From positions 1-48,885 of the forward strand of contig JBFKXW010000001.1 in the NCBI GenBank assembly GCA_041637915.1: DNA of 48,885 nt, in the 5' to 3' direction. Below the pieces are notes generated by a model. The model was not told the origin of the DNA. It saw only the letters and a list, made by a program, of their open reading frames with translations, and made no database searches. Each line of letters opens with the position of its first letter. The stretch's first letter is position 1. The stretch is from Pseudomonadales bacterium. Lineage in GTDB: Bacteria; Pseudomonadota; Gammaproteobacteria; Pseudomonadales; JBFGWM01. Of the stretch, positions 27,754-37,204 are shown one piece after another. The position numbers and the translations under genes were made by a program.

Positions 27754-30468
27754 CTAGTGCGCGTCGTCCCAGTTGGCGCCACTGCCTGCAGCGACGATGA
27801 GTGGCACCTCGAGCTCGGCAGCGGCGGACATCCTGCTGACGATTTCCGCGCGGCACTCGTCGAGTGCATCGCTGTCCACCTCGAAGACCAGTTCATCATG
27901 CACCTGCATGACCATCAGCGCCGGCGGCTGTTTCTCGCGAATCCACGCATCCACAGACAGCATCGCGCGCTTGATGATATCGGCGGCGGTACCCTGCATC
28001 GGCGCATTGATCGCCGCGCGTTCCGCGGCCTGACGACGCGCCGGGTTGCGTGCGCTGATCTCGCGCAGGTGCAGACGCCGCCCGAACAGCGTCTCCACAT
28101 ATCCATTTTCCTTGGCCTGTGCGCGGGTACGGTCCATGTAATCGCGTACGCCCGGATAGCGCTCGAAATACCGGTCGATGTACCCCTGTGCCTCGTTGCG
28201 CGGGATACCACCCAGCTGGCGCGCCAGCCCGAATGCTGACATCCCGTAGATCAGCCCGAAATTGATCGCCTTGGCGACCCGTCGATCCTCGTCCGCCACC
28301 TCAGCAACCGGCACGCGGAAAACTTCGGCCGCGGTGGCGCGGTGCACATCCTCGCCACTACGGAGCGCGGAACAGAGATTTTCGTCTCCGGACAGATGCG
28401 CCATGATGCGCAGCTCAATCTGCGAATAGTCCGCGGACAGCAGCACCCGCCCCGGCGGCGCAACGAAGGCCTGACGAACCCTTCTGCCAGCAGCGGTGCG
28501 GATGGGAATGTTCTGCAGGTTGGGATCACTGGAAGACAGCCGGCCGGTCGCGGCAACCGCCTGGTGATAGGAGGTGTGCAGGCGACCCGTCTCCGGGTCG
28601 ATCTGTTCCGGCAGCCGGTCGGTGTAGGTATTGCGCAGTTTTGCCAGGCCCCGGTGCTCCAAGATCAGTTGTGGCAGCTCGTAGCCCTCGTCCGCCAGTT
28701 CCTGCAGCACGTTTTCGGCCGTGGATGGCTTCCCTCCCGGGGTCTTATGCCGCTGCGGCATGCCCATCCTCTGAAAAAGAATCTCCTGTAGCTGCTTCGG
28801 AGAGGAGAGGTTGAAGGCCCCGCCGGCGGCTTCATGCGCTTCCGTTTCCAGTGCCTCCAGGCGGGTGCTGATTTCGGCACTCTGCGCACGCAGACAGTCC
28901 GGATCGATCAGCGTGCCGGCCCGCTCCATACGCGACAACACCGGCACCAGCGGAATCTCCAATGATTCATAGACGCTGCACAGTCCCGGCACTTCCTGCA
29001 ATTGCGGCCAGAGCTTCCGGTGCAGGCACAGGGAGACTTCGGCGTCTTCGCCAGCATAGGGTGCGGCCTGCTCGAGCGCCACCTGATCAAAGGTGATTTG
29101 CTTCGCGCCCTTCCCGGCGACCTCTTCGAAAGAAATCGTCTGTCGCCCAAGCACCCGGGAGGCGAGGGAATCGAGATCGTGCCGGCCCGCCGTGCTGTCC
29201 AGCACATACGACTGCAGCATGCTGTCGTGTGCGACACCCGCCACTTCCACGCCATGCCGGCTGAGCACGTTCAGGTCATATTTCAGGTGCTGGCCGGCCT
29301 TCGGGCAGTCCGGGTCTTCGAGGATCGGCCCGATGACCTCCCGGACCTGTTCCCAGGAAAGCTGTTGTGGCGCGCCCTCGTAGGCATGAGCGACCGGGAT
29401 GTAAGCCGCCTGCCCGGGCGCCACGGAGAGTGAGATCCCGACCAGTTGTGCCTGCATGTAGTTCAGGCTCGTGGTTTCAGTGTCAAAGGCGACCAGCTCA
29501 GCTTCACGGCATTGGTCGGCCCAGCGGGACAGCGTCGCCGCGTCCAGCACCACCTCGGTTTCGACGGTCTCACTCGACTGGGCCGGTGCTGGCTCCCCGG
29601 CACCGTTCTCCTGCAATTCCGCCAGCCAGGCCCGGAACTCCAGATCCTGATACATCTTTGCCAGCGAAGACTGATCAGGCGACTGCGGAACCAGCGCCTC
29701 CAACGGCTCTTCCAGTTCGACATCACAGCGGATACGCACCAGTTCCCGGCTAAGCGGCAACTGGTCCAGTGCGTTGCGCAGGTTCTCGCCCACCTTCCCC
29801 GTGATCTGGTCCGCCGAGGCGATGATCTGGTCCAGCGTGCCGTGCGCTGACAGCCATTTCAGCGCCGTCTTCGGTCCCACCTTGGGAACACCCGGAATGT
29901 TGTCAGAACTGTCACCGATGAGGGTCAGGTAATCGATGATGCGGTCCGGACCGACACCAAACTTTTTCTCCACACCGGCCGGGTCGAGCAACTGGTTGCT
30001 CATTGTGTTGATGAGTGCGCACCGGTTGTCGACCAGTTGCGCCAGATCCTTGTCCCCGGTGGACACCAGCGTGTAGAGGTCAGCGGCGCGCGCCCGGGCG
30101 ACCAGCGTGCCGATCACGTCATCCGCTTCCACCCCGGTGACGGACACCAGGGGGTAGCCGAGTGCCCGGATCAGCGCGTGCAGCGGTTCGATCTGGGCGC
30201 GTAGCTCATCCGGCATTTTCTCGCGGTTGGCCTTATACTCAGCGTACAACTCGTGCCGGAAGGTGGTCCCGGAGGCATCAAAGACCACGGCGAGATAGCG
30301 TGGCGCGTGTTCCTGCACCAGTTTCTTCACCATGCTGACCACACCCTTGATGGCGCCCGTCGGGCGCCCATCGCCCGTTGTCAGCGGCGGCAGCGCATGA
30401 AAAGCGCGATAAAGGTAAGAGGATCCATCAATCAGGATCACATCGGGGTTTTCAGCGGAGCCACTCAT
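27754..30468 (-). CDS. polA: DNA polymerase I.
   Basis: The 5'-nuclease N-terminus starts VILIDGSSYLYRAFHA. A 3'-5' exonuclease domain and a polymerase domain (RRQAKAINFGLIYG-like motif, QVHDELVFE) follow. The true start is ATG 30468 (MSGSAENP...); the track ORF is extended to 30651. Confidence 0.95.
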   Translation of the reverse strand: MSGSAENPDVILIDGSSYLYRAFHALPPLTTGDGRPTGAIKGVVSMVKKLVQEHAPRYLAVVFDASGTTFRHELYAEYKANREKMPDELRAQIEPLHALIRALGYPLVSVTGVEADDVIGTLVARARAADLYTLVSTGDKDLAQLVDNRCALINTMSNQLLDPAGVEKKFGVGPDRIIDYLTLIGDSSDNIPGVPKVGPKTALKWLSAHGTLDQIIASADQITGKVGENLRNALDQLPLSRELVRIRCDVELEEPLEALVPQSPDQSSLAKMYQDLEFRAWLAELQENGAGEPAPAQSSETVETEVVLDAATLSRWADQCREAELVAFDTETTSLNYMQAQLVGISLSVAPGQAAYIPVAHAYEGAPQQLSWEQVREVIGPILEDPDCPKAGQHLKYDLNVLSRHGVEVAGVAHDSMLQSYVLDSTAGRHDLDSLASRVLGRQTISFEEVAGKGAKQITFDQVALEQAAPYAGEDAEVSLCLHRKLWPQLQEVPGLCSVYESLEIPLVPVLSRMERAGTLIDPDCLRAQSAEISTRLEALETEAHEAAGGAFNLSSPKQLQEILFQRMGMPQRHKTPGGKPSTAENVLQELADEGYELPQLILEHRGLAKLRNTYTDRLPEQIDPETGRLHTSYHQAVAATGRLSSSDPNLQNIPIRTAAGRRVRQAFVAPPGRVLLSADYSQIELRIMAHLSGDENLCSALRSGEDVHRATAAEVFRVPVAEVADEDRRVAKAINFGLIYGMSAFGLARQLGGIPRNEAQGYIDRYFERYPGVRDYMDRTRAQAKENGYVETLFGRRLHLREISARNPARRQAAERAAINAPMQGTAADIIKRAMLSVDAWIREKQPPALMVMQVHDELVFEVDSDALDECRAEIVSRMSAAAELEVPLIVAAGSGANWDDAH

Positions 30469-30516
30469 CTGCAAACTGGAACAAAGAGCCATAGGCCTGG
30501 GACGAAGGAGGGTCGC

Positions 30517-30813
30517 ATGAAACCCCGAACACTGACAAACCTTTGTAGCGCTTTGCTGCTGACTGCGGGAATGCTGTCCCCGCTGGCTGGCGTCGCTGCA
30601 GAGGGCAATGTGCCAGAACCGGAAGTCACGGTCCGGCACGAGGACGGCCACACGCTGTACGAATACCGGGCCAACGGACTGCTGTACATGATCAAGGTGG
30701 TGCCGCCCAATGGAAAACCCTACTTTCTGGTCGACCCGGACGGCATGGGCAATTACATCCGCATGGACAAATCAGATCTGCTGATTCCGTCGTGGATCAT
30801 CCATTCCTGGTAG
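30517..30813 (+). CDS. Small secreted DUF2782-like protein.
   Basis: The ATG is preceded by GAAGGAGG. It has the signal peptide MKPRTLTNLCSALLLTAGMLSPLAGVAA. From memory, a gene of this type sits between polA and thrB in pseudomonads. Confidence 0.7.
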   Translation: MKPRTLTNLCSALLLTAGMLSPLAGVAAEGNVPEPEVTVRHEDGHTLYEYRANGLLYMIKVVPPNGKPYFLVDPDGMGNYIRMDKSDLLIPSWIIHSW

Positions 30814-31776
30814 ATGGCCGTTTTCACCGCGATCGGGGATCGTCAGCGGGCGACCCTGGCAGCCGCCTACAGCCTGCCGGAAACACTCCGGACCGAGGGC
30901 ATTGCGACAGGCGTCGAGAACACCAATTACCGGGTTTATGCCGCAGCGCAGCCGGAGCCACAATGGGTACTGACGCTGTTGGAGAAGCCCACCGATCTGG
31001 CCTTCGTCCTGGCGGTTCTTGCCGAGGCGCACGCAGCCGGACTGCCGGTCCCGTTGCCACTGGCAACCCGCGAAGGCGACCGGACGCTGATTCTGGACGG
31101 TCGAACTGCCCTGCTCATGCCGTATATCGCCGGATCCCATCTGCACGAACCAGAGCCGTCCCACTGTGCTGCGATCGGCGCCTTCGTCGGCCGGCTGCAT
31201 CGGCAGGTGGCGGCGGGCCATACCAGCCGCAGCGATCCGCAGGGGCTCGACTGGCTGCTGCCCACCGCGCGGCAGGTGCTGGGGGCGGATTCACTCGCCA
31301 CAGATACCTGTACTCTGCTGGAAAGGCACGCCTCAGAATTGCTGGCGCTGCCGGAGCGTACCTGTCATGGCGATCTGTTCCGGGACAATGCCCTCTTTAC
31401 GGGACACCAGTTGTCCGGCGTGATCGACTGGTACAACGCGGCGCGCGCACCGGCCGCTTTTGATGTGGCGATCCTGCTCAATGACTGGTGCACCGATGAC
31501 CACGGCCAACTACTTCCCGAGCACACCCGCGCACTGATGGGCGCTTATCAAAGTGAGCACTTACTACCTGAGGCCGCTATCCGGCAAATGCCATTGCTCC
31601 GCGCGTGGGCAGCCCTGCGTTTCTGGACCTCACGGGTGATGAGCACGCAGGCAATGCAGACGGTCGCGGCAGGGAGCGCGATTTACCGAGGCAAGGCACC
31701 CGGCGAACAGCGGGATATTCTGTTAAGAGCAGTGGATCCTGCTGCACCGGGCCACTGGCTGGAATGTTGCTGGTAG
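30814..31776 (+). CDS. thrB: Homoserine kinase, APH-fold (Pseudomonas ThrB type).
   Basis: The N-terminus is MAVFTAIGDRQRATLAAAYSL...GVENTNYRV. HGDLFRDNALF is a kinase catalytic-loop motif. Confidence 0.85.
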   Translation: MAVFTAIGDRQRATLAAAYSLPETLRTEGIATGVENTNYRVYAAAQPEPQWVLTLLEKPTDLAFVLAVLAEAHAAGLPVPLPLATREGDRTLILDGRTALLMPYIAGSHLHEPEPSHCAAIGAFVGRLHRQVAAGHTSRSDPQGLDWLLPTARQVLGADSLATDTCTLLERHASELLALPERTCHGDLFRDNALFTGHQLSGVIDWYNAARAPAAFDVAILLNDWCTDDHGQLLPEHTRALMGAYQSEHLLPEAAIRQMPLLRAWAALRFWTSRVMSTQAMQTVAAGSAIYRGKAPGEQRDILLRAVDPAAPGHWLECCW

Positions 31777-31801
31777 CGCCCAACGCTGGACGCTGTCGCC
31801 G

Positions 31802-32050
31802 TCAGGAACCGGCCTCTTCCCGGGACGCCGTGGTGAACTTCAGCTCCGCGTAGGCATTGGCGGCCCGCTCACTGGGCTGTGCATCCGGTTGTTGCGTGGT
31901 CACGCCCTTCAGTTCGTCCACATGGCGCCAGTGCGACCAAAGCACATGATCCAGGTAGTCGACGATGGTCATATCGAAGTCGAGCGCCCGCTTCTTGAGC
32001 TCCTTGCGGGTGTTCTTTCGAATCGGCGTGTTGACGGGTTTTTCCTTCAT
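31802..32050 (-). CDS. Hypothetical small protein (82 aa), possibly ribbon-helix-helix DNA-binding.
   Basis: The ATG at 32050 has GAGG 9 nt upstream. The N-terminal PIRKNTRKELKKRALDFDMTIVDYLDHVLW has a strand-helix-helix pattern, but I recognise no family. Confidence 0.45.
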   Translation of the reverse strand: MKEKPVNTPIRKNTRKELKKRALDFDMTIVDYLDHVLWSHWRHVDELKGVTTQQPDAQPSERAANAYAELKFTTASREEAGS

Positions 32051-32131
32051 GCGGAACTGCCTCAATCTCGGTTAAATCGGTTATCGCTGGCTGCCACCGC
32101 GCACTCGGTGCGAAGAGAAGACTACTTTTAG

Positions 32132-32160
32132 GGATTTTCGCACATTTTTTTCGAAAATCC
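32132..32160. promoter_or_regulatory. 9-bp inverted repeat GGATTTTCG-N11-CGAAAATCC in an AT-rich intergenic region.
   Basis: Read directly. It lies about 80-110 nt upstream of the small ORF start. On the minus strand it overlaps a possible TTGAGA-17-AAAAAT promoter. Confidence 0.35.
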
Positions 32161-32191
32161 ACACTTTTCTCAAGTCTGCTCTTTGGTGAAA

Positions 32192-32214
32192 TGAGCAAAC
32201 GGGCCAATTGCTCA
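32192..32214 (-). terminator. Candidate terminator hairpin after egtD.
   Basis: On the minus strand, TGAGCAA, a 9-nt loop and TTGCTCA are followed by TTTCA. The hairpin begins 5 nt after the egtD stop. The stem is AT-rich and the signal is weak. Confidence 0.3.
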
Positions 32215-32218
32215 CGGA

Positions 32219-33193
32219 TCAGCCGGGCGTCAGGAAGTACAAGGCGAAGTACTGCCGGGCATCCTGCCAGCTGCATTGGACCCGGAATCCCGCAGCGGCG
32301 GCCAGCGATTCCACCTGCTCGGGCCGGTATTTGTAGGAGTTCTCAGTGTGAATCCGCTCGCCGGCACGGAATGCAAAACGCTCGCCGGCAATACCGACGA
32401 CCTGATCGGCGCAACTCTCCAGATACATCTCGATCCGCTGCTCGGCTTCGTTGTAGAGGGCCCGATGCGCAAACTGCTCCGGGTCGACATGGGCACCGAG
32501 CCGGCTCCGCACGTGATATAGCAGGTTCCGGTTGAACGCTGCCGTCACACCCTGCACATCGTTGTACGCGGCCTCCAGCACCCCCCGTTCCTTCACCAGA
32601 TCAACCCCGAGCAACAGACCTCCGTCCGGCGCGACCAGTTTCTGCACCCGGGCCAGGAAGCGGGCCGCATCCGCCGGCTCGAAATTACCGATACTGGAGC
32701 CTGGGAAAAACGCCACCCGCCGCCCGCGCGACTGCGTCTCCGGCAGGGTCACCTGGCGGGAGTAATCCAGGCACGCCGCGTGTACTTCCAGCCAGGGATG
32801 ATCTTCAGCAAGTTCCGACGCCGCGCGGGAAAGCTGGTCCAGTGATATGTCGAGGGGCACGTATGCGGCCGGACGCACAGCTTCCAGCAGCAGACGGATC
32901 TTTGCATTCGTGCCGCTCCCGAACTCAATCAGCATGCAGGAATCGCCGACGCTGGAGCGGATCGCATCGCCGTGCGCGCGCAGTAACCGGATCTCGGTGC
33001 GCGACGGATAGTACTCCGGCAGTTGCGTAATGGCATGGAACAGACGCGACCCGCGTGCATCGTAAAAGTACTTGGGCGAAATGTGCCGCGGGCGGGCCCG
33101 CAGGCCCGTCAGCACTTCCTCGCGCATATCGGCCAGGGCTGGCTTGTGGTCGTAGAGGTAGGCTGTGCCGCGTCGGGTCGGTAACAGTTTCAC
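32219..33193 (-). CDS. egtD: L-histidine N(alpha)-methyltransferase (ergothioneine biosynthesis).
   Basis: The ISPKYFYDARGSRLFHAITQLPEYYPSRTE motif is characteristic of EgtD. There is a SAM-binding region (LIEFGSG), and egtB is adjacent. Confidence 0.9.
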   Translation of the reverse strand: MKLLPTRRGTAYLYDHKPALADMREEVLTGLRARPRHISPKYFYDARGSRLFHAITQLPEYYPSRTEIRLLRAHGDAIRSSVGDSCMLIEFGSGTNAKIRLLLEAVRPAAYVPLDISLDQLSRAASELAEDHPWLEVHAACLDYSRQVTLPETQSRGRRVAFFPGSSIGNFEPADAARFLARVQKLVAPDGGLLLGVDLVKERGVLEAAYNDVQGVTAAFNRNLLYHVRSRLGAHVDPEQFAHRALYNEAEQRIEMYLESCADQVVGIAGERFAFRAGERIHTENSYKYRPEQVESLAAAAGFRVQCSWQDARQYFALYFLTPG

Positions 33194-33235
33194 GGCAGGC
33201 GGACTCCCATGGATTTCGACAAGTTGTCAGGCGGT

Positions 33236-34465
33236 TTAGCTGGCATCACGGGCGAGCCGCATCCCGGAAAATTGCCAGCGATCGCGCGGATAGAAAAAGT
33301 TCCGATAGCTGCTGCGCAAATGCGCGGCCGGGGATACGCAGGATCCGCCGCGCAACACAAACTGGTTGCACATGAATTTGCCATTGTATTCCCCCAGTTC
33401 CCCATCGAACGGTCGGTAACCGGGATAACCTGTGTAGTTGCTCGACGTCCACTCCCACACATCACCGAACATCTGGTCGGAAGCGTCATCTACCTGCCGC
33501 GGCGCGGGCGCCAACAGACCGCACTCGCGGAAATTTCCCTGCACCGGCAGGGCCTGCGCAGCACATTCCCACTCGGCCTCGGTCGGTAGTCGCGCGCCCG
33601 CCCAACGCGCATAGGCGTCCGCCTCAAAATAACTCAGATGCGCAACGGGTGCGTCCGCGTCGACGGCCTGCATGCCGTGCAGCGTAAAATGCCACCAGTG
33701 GCCGTCCTGGTGAGCCCAGTACAACGGCTGCATCGCACCGCTGGCCTGCAGCTCTGCCCAGCCATCGGACAACCACAACGCCGCCTTCTGGTAGCCACCA
33801 TCTTCCATGAACGCCATAAAATCCCGGTTGCTGACCGGCGCCCGGGCCAGCTGATAAGGCTGCAGCAGCACCCGGTGCTGGGGCCGCTCGTTGTCGAAGC
33901 TGAATGCTCCGCCACCATGGCCGATGGCAGCCATCCCGCCGGGGAAATCACGCCAGGCTGCGGCCGGCGTTTCTGGGCGACCGGCAGGGGGTGGTGATGT
34001 CTGGTAAGCCGGCGCAAGTGGATTCCTGGAGAAACTGTACTTCAAGTCCGTCAGCAGCAACTCCTGGTGTTGCTGCTCGTGATGGATGCCCAGTTCGATG
34101 CGCTCTGCCAGCGACCCGGCGGGCGAACCACGATCCCACAACGCACAAATTCGTTCCCGGACACCCTGCCGGTAGGCATATACCTCCTCCACCGATGGCC
34201 GGCTCAGCAAGCCACGCTGTGGACGGGGGAACGGATTCCCCACGCCGTTGTAGTAGGAGTTGAACAGGTGCCGGTAGGCGGGCCAGGGGGAGCGATAGTC
34301 CGGATCTGCGACGGCCAGTACGAAGGTCTCGAAATACCAGGCGGTGTGCGCGAGATGCCACTTGGCCGGACTCACCTCGGGCATGGCCTGCAGGCCGTAA
34401 TCCTCAACCTGGAGCGGCTCGCACAGTGCCTCTGTTTGGGTCGTGATCGCCAGGAATGCGTCCAT
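33236..34465 (-). CDS. egtB: Hercynine oxygenase / sulfoxide synthase EgtB (DinB_2 plus FGE-sulfatase domains).
   Basis: The DinB-like N-terminus has SPAKWHLAHTAWYFETF, followed by HHEQQHQELLL and a C-terminal FGE-like GDVWEWT...RGGSCVSP. The ATG 34465 start is given here. TTG 34519, preceded by GGGGAAG, is an equally plausible start. Confidence 0.9.
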   Translation of the reverse strand: MDAFLAITTQTEALCEPLQVEDYGLQAMPEVSPAKWHLAHTAWYFETFVLAVADPDYRSPWPAYRHLFNSYYNGVGNPFPRPQRGLLSRPSVEEVYAYRQGVRERICALWDRGSPAGSLAERIELGIHHEQQHQELLLTDLKYSFSRNPLAPAYQTSPPPAGRPETPAAAWRDFPGGMAAIGHGGGAFSFDNERPQHRVLLQPYQLARAPVSNRDFMAFMEDGGYQKAALWLSDGWAELQASGAMQPLYWAHQDGHWWHFTLHGMQAVDADAPVAHLSYFEADAYARWAGARLPTEAEWECAAQALPVQGNFRECGLLAPAPRQVDDASDQMFGDVWEWTSSNYTGYPGYRPFDGELGEYNGKFMCNQFVLRGGSCVSPAAHLRSSYRNFFYPRDRWQFSGMRLARDAS

Positions 34466-34548
34466 CAGGGGGGCCGGCGTTGACGAAGGCGCGACGCCGG
34501 GTGAGCCGGAATGTTCCAAGAGACTTCCCCATGGGATTTGCACAGGCC

Positions 34549-34576
34549 ATTGTAGCCAACCGTCGGTTCGCCTCAA
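34549..34576 (-). promoter_or_regulatory. Sigma70-like promoter candidate for egtBD.
   Basis: On the minus strand: TTGAGG (34576..34571), a 16-nt spacer, then TACAAT (34554..34549). Confidence 0.35.
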
Positions 34577-34582
34577 CCGACG
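34561..34582 (-). terminator. Perfect 8-bp hairpin 9 nt after the senC stop.
   Basis: The minus strand reads CGTCGGTT-GAGGCG-AACCGACG. There is no U-tract. It overlaps the -35 of the egtB promoter candidate. Confidence 0.3.
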
Positions 34583-34591
34583 CTCCTGCGG

Positions 34592-35239
34592 TCATACCAC
34601 CTCGAACGGATAATGCCGCAGCAACAGTTCCAGCGTACGTCGAATCTGCTGTGCCTGTACGGGCGGACGCAGAATACCGACGAACGAGCCTGCGGGGCTG
34701 ATCACCGCCAGGTGCGCACTGTGATCTACCTGGTAATTCTCCTGCGGCCCTGGCACCCGCACGAACACGGCATTGAACATCCGGGCAAAGTCGGCGAGCG
34801 CGGGAACGTCTCCGGTCACACCCAGCATGCGTGGGTCAAAGTGTTCCACATAGCGTTGCAGGTGTTCAGGCTGATCCCGCGCCGGATCCACGCTAACCAT
34901 CCAGAAACGGACCATTTCCTGATCGGATTGCGCCAGCTTGTTCCATGCAGCCGCCGCATCTGCCAGCGTTGTTGGGCACACGTCCGGACAATGGGTGAAC
35001 CCAAAAAAAATCACGGTCCAATGCCCGGCCAGATCGTCATTGCTCACCACCCCGGCTCGCGTGGCAGGCAGTGCAAACTGCGATAAAGGCCGTGGCTGCT
35101 CAAACAGGATCAAGCCCAGTTGCTCCAGATCCGCAGCGGGAATCCGTGTTGGCAGCGTCATACGCCATGCGAACAAACCGGCCACCATGGCTGCGAAGGC
35201 AACCAGTAGCAAAACTGTCTTCCGGACAGCGGGATTCAT
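34592..35239 (-). CDS. senC: SCO1/SenC copper chaperone for cytochrome oxidase.
   Basis: Membrane anchor plus the FFGFTHCPDVCPTT CxxxC motif, and a downstream DHS...His region. Confidence 0.92.
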   Translation of the reverse strand: MNPAVRKTVLLLVAFAAMVAGLFAWRMTLPTRIPAADLEQLGLILFEQPRPLSQFALPATRAGVVSNDDLAGHWTVIFFGFTHCPDVCPTTLADAAAAWNKLAQSDQEMVRFWMVSVDPARDQPEHLQRYVEHFDPRMLGVTGDVPALADFARMFNAVFVRVPGPQENYQVDHSAHLAVISPAGSFVGILRPPVQAQQIRRTLELLLRHYPFEVV

Positions 35240-35249
35240 GCGCAGGAGC

Positions 35250-36149
35250 TCAGACTGGAAACGTGAAGGGTGGCAGGTAGTGGTCTGCGAGCAGTGCCAG
35301 GAACAACAGCATGAGATAGACGATGGAGTAGCCGAACATCTGCATCGCCAGCGCCGGTTCCGGGCGGCGCAACAGAGCGACAGCCAGTTGCAGGAAGCGC
35401 AGGTTCAGTGCGAGCACGACCCCCAGGTACAACAACCCGCTCATGCCGGTGACGAAGGGCAGCAGCGAAACCGCAAACAGCACCAGCGTGTACAGGAAAA
35501 TGTGCAGCCGGGTGTACTGCTCGCCATGGGTCACCGGCAGCATCGGAATATCCACTGCTGCGTATTCTTCCTTGCGCGCCAACGCCAGAGCCCAGAAGTG
35601 CGGCGGTGTCCAGGCGAAAATGATCAGCACCAGTAACAGCCCATGGCCCTCCACCGCACCGGTCACGGCAGTCCAGCCGAGCAGCGGAGGCGCCGCGCCG
35701 GCCAACCCGCCAATGACAATGTTCTGGGGTGTCGCGCGCTTCAGAAACACCGTGTAGATCAGCGCATATCCCACCAGGGAGGCCAGCGTCAGCCACGCCG
35801 TCAGAGGATTGACCCACTGGTACAGCAGCCAGGTACCGAGACTCCCGATCACCAGGGCGAACAGCAGGCCCTGCAGGGGAGCGATGCGGCCACGCGCCAC
35901 GGGTCGTCCGCGCGTGCGGGCCATCCGGGCGTCCACCGCCCGATCAAAAATGTGATTGACCGCCGCGGCAGAACCAGCACACAACCCGATACCCGCAGTG
36001 GCGATCAGCACCAGGACCGGATCCAGTGCGTTTGGCGTGGCCAGCAGCATGCCGATCACCGCGGTAAGCAGCATCAGGGCGACGACCCGGGGCTTGCACA
36101 GCTCCAGGTAGTCGCGCCAGCTGACTCGCTGCTGGACACTCGATTCCAA
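35250..36149 (-). CDS. cyoE: Protoheme IX farnesyltransferase (heme O synthase).
   Basis: UbiA-family polytopic protein ([39 protein letters not shown]). TTG 36149 is preceded by AGAGGGAAG. The track ORF is extended into ctaA. Confidence 0.9.
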   Translation of the reverse strand: MESSVQQRVSWRDYLELCKPRVVALMLLTAVIGMLLATPNALDPVLVLIATAGIGLCAGSAAAVNHIFDRAVDARMARTRGRPVARGRIAPLQGLLFALVIGSLGTWLLYQWVNPLTAWLTLASLVGYALIYTVFLKRATPQNIVIGGLAGAAPPLLGWTAVTGAVEGHGLLLVLIIFAWTPPHFWALALARKEEYAAVDIPMLPVTHGEQYTRLHIFLYTLVLFAVSLLPFVTGMSGLLYLGVVLALNLRFLQLAVALLRRPEPALAMQMFGYSIVYLMLLFLALLADHYLPPFTFPV

Positions 36150-36163
36150 CTTGACTTCCCTCT

Positions 36164-37204
36164 TTATGGGTGGGCGCTTTGCAACTGCACCAACCGGTAA
36201 TTCAACGCGACCAGCGCGAGAAGCAGACAGGCACCCACCGCGTTGTGCGCGACCGCCACTGCCAGTGGCAAGCCCGCCAGCACATTGCTCACGCCGAGGG
36301 TGACCTGCACCAACAGCAAACCCACCACCCAACGTACATGACGCCGGAGCACGTCATTGTATGGAGATTTTTTGATCAGCGCCACGGCGAGCAGGAGCAC
36401 GGCGATCACGACCAGCGCGCCGAGGCGGTGCGACAGGTGGACCGCGACCCGGGCCGGATGTTCCATCTGGCCGCCCAGGTAGTTCGGGCCGATTTCATGC
36501 GTCAGATCAAAACCGGTGGCAAAGTCTGCGTCCGGCCACCATTCACCATGGCAGGTCGGCAGGTCAATGCAGGCCAGCGCCGCGTAATTGGCACTGGTCC
36601 AGCCGCCCAGCGTAATCTGCAGGATCAACACCAGCAGGCTGGCCAGGCCCCAGCGCTGCAATGTCTTCAGACTCGATCCATCGTCGCCAATCGCCGGGGG
36701 CGGCACGGTCTTACGGCGTAATCGCAGGACCAGCAGCATCAACAGGGAAAAGGTGGCAAAACCGCCAAGCAGATGCGCCACGACCACCTGCGGCCAGAGC
36801 TTCAGCGTCACCGTCCACATACCGAAGGCGGCTTGCAGAATCACCAGTGCCAGAAGGCCGTACGTATGCCGACTGGGGTAACCGTCCAGTCTCCGGTGAC
36901 GCCAGCCGGTTGCGGCGAGACCCAACACGAGCAATCCCAGCGTGCCGGCAAGGTACCGGTGGATCATCTCCGGCCAGCCCTTATCCACTTCCACCGGTGC
37001 ATCCGGGAAGCGTGCCTCGGCAATACGGATGTCCTCCTGCGCCTCCGGCACGGTCAGAAATCCGTAACAGCCCGGCCAGTCCGGACATCCCAGCCCGGCA
37101 TCCACGAGGCGGGTGTAGGCACCCAGCACCACGACTACCATGGCGAAACAGGTCGCGAACAGGGCCAGCCGGTACCCCGGCAGCTTTTCGATATTCATAG
37201 TCAT
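36164..37204 (-). CDS. ctaA: Heme A synthase (COX15/CtaA).
   Basis: [21 protein letters not shown] and the conserved His-containing TM helices. Confidence 0.92.
   Translation of the reverse strand: MTMNIEKLPGYRLALFATCFAMVVVVLGAYTRLVDAGLGCPDWPGCYGFLTVPEAQEDIRIAEARFPDAPVEVDKGWPEMIHRYLAGTLGLLVLGLAATGWRHRRLDGYPSRHTYGLLALVILQAAFGMWTVTLKLWPQVVVAHLLGGFATFSLLMLLVLRLRRKTVPPPAIGDDGSSLKTLQRWGLASLLVLILQITLGGWTSANYAALACIDLPTCHGEWWPDADFATGFDLTHEIGPNYLGGQMEHPARVAVHLSHRLGALVVIAVLLLAVALIKKSPYNDVLRRHVRWVVGLLLVQVTLGVSNVLAGLPLAVAVAHNAVGACLLLALVALNYRLVQLQSAHP

Noticed and set aside
30469-30651. N-terminal extensions of track ORFs: polA to 30651, gspD to 16972, gspH to 20876, gspJ to 21765, gspL to 23413, cyoE to 36332, ctaG to 40532, SURF1 to 38652, prlC to 45714, cc4 to 26956, tsaC to 48878.
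   Set aside because: The extensions overlap upstream genes or divergent promoters and add residues with no homology. They are replaced by internal starts that restore family-typical N-termini, RBS spacing or 4-nt coupling overlaps.
33236-34576. The FGE-sulfatase-domain protein read as a formylglycine-generating enzyme or sulfatase maturase.
   Set aside because: It has an N-terminal DinB_2-type domain with HHEQQH, lies next to an EgtD-type histidine methyltransferase, and no sulfatase gene is nearby. These point to EgtB instead.
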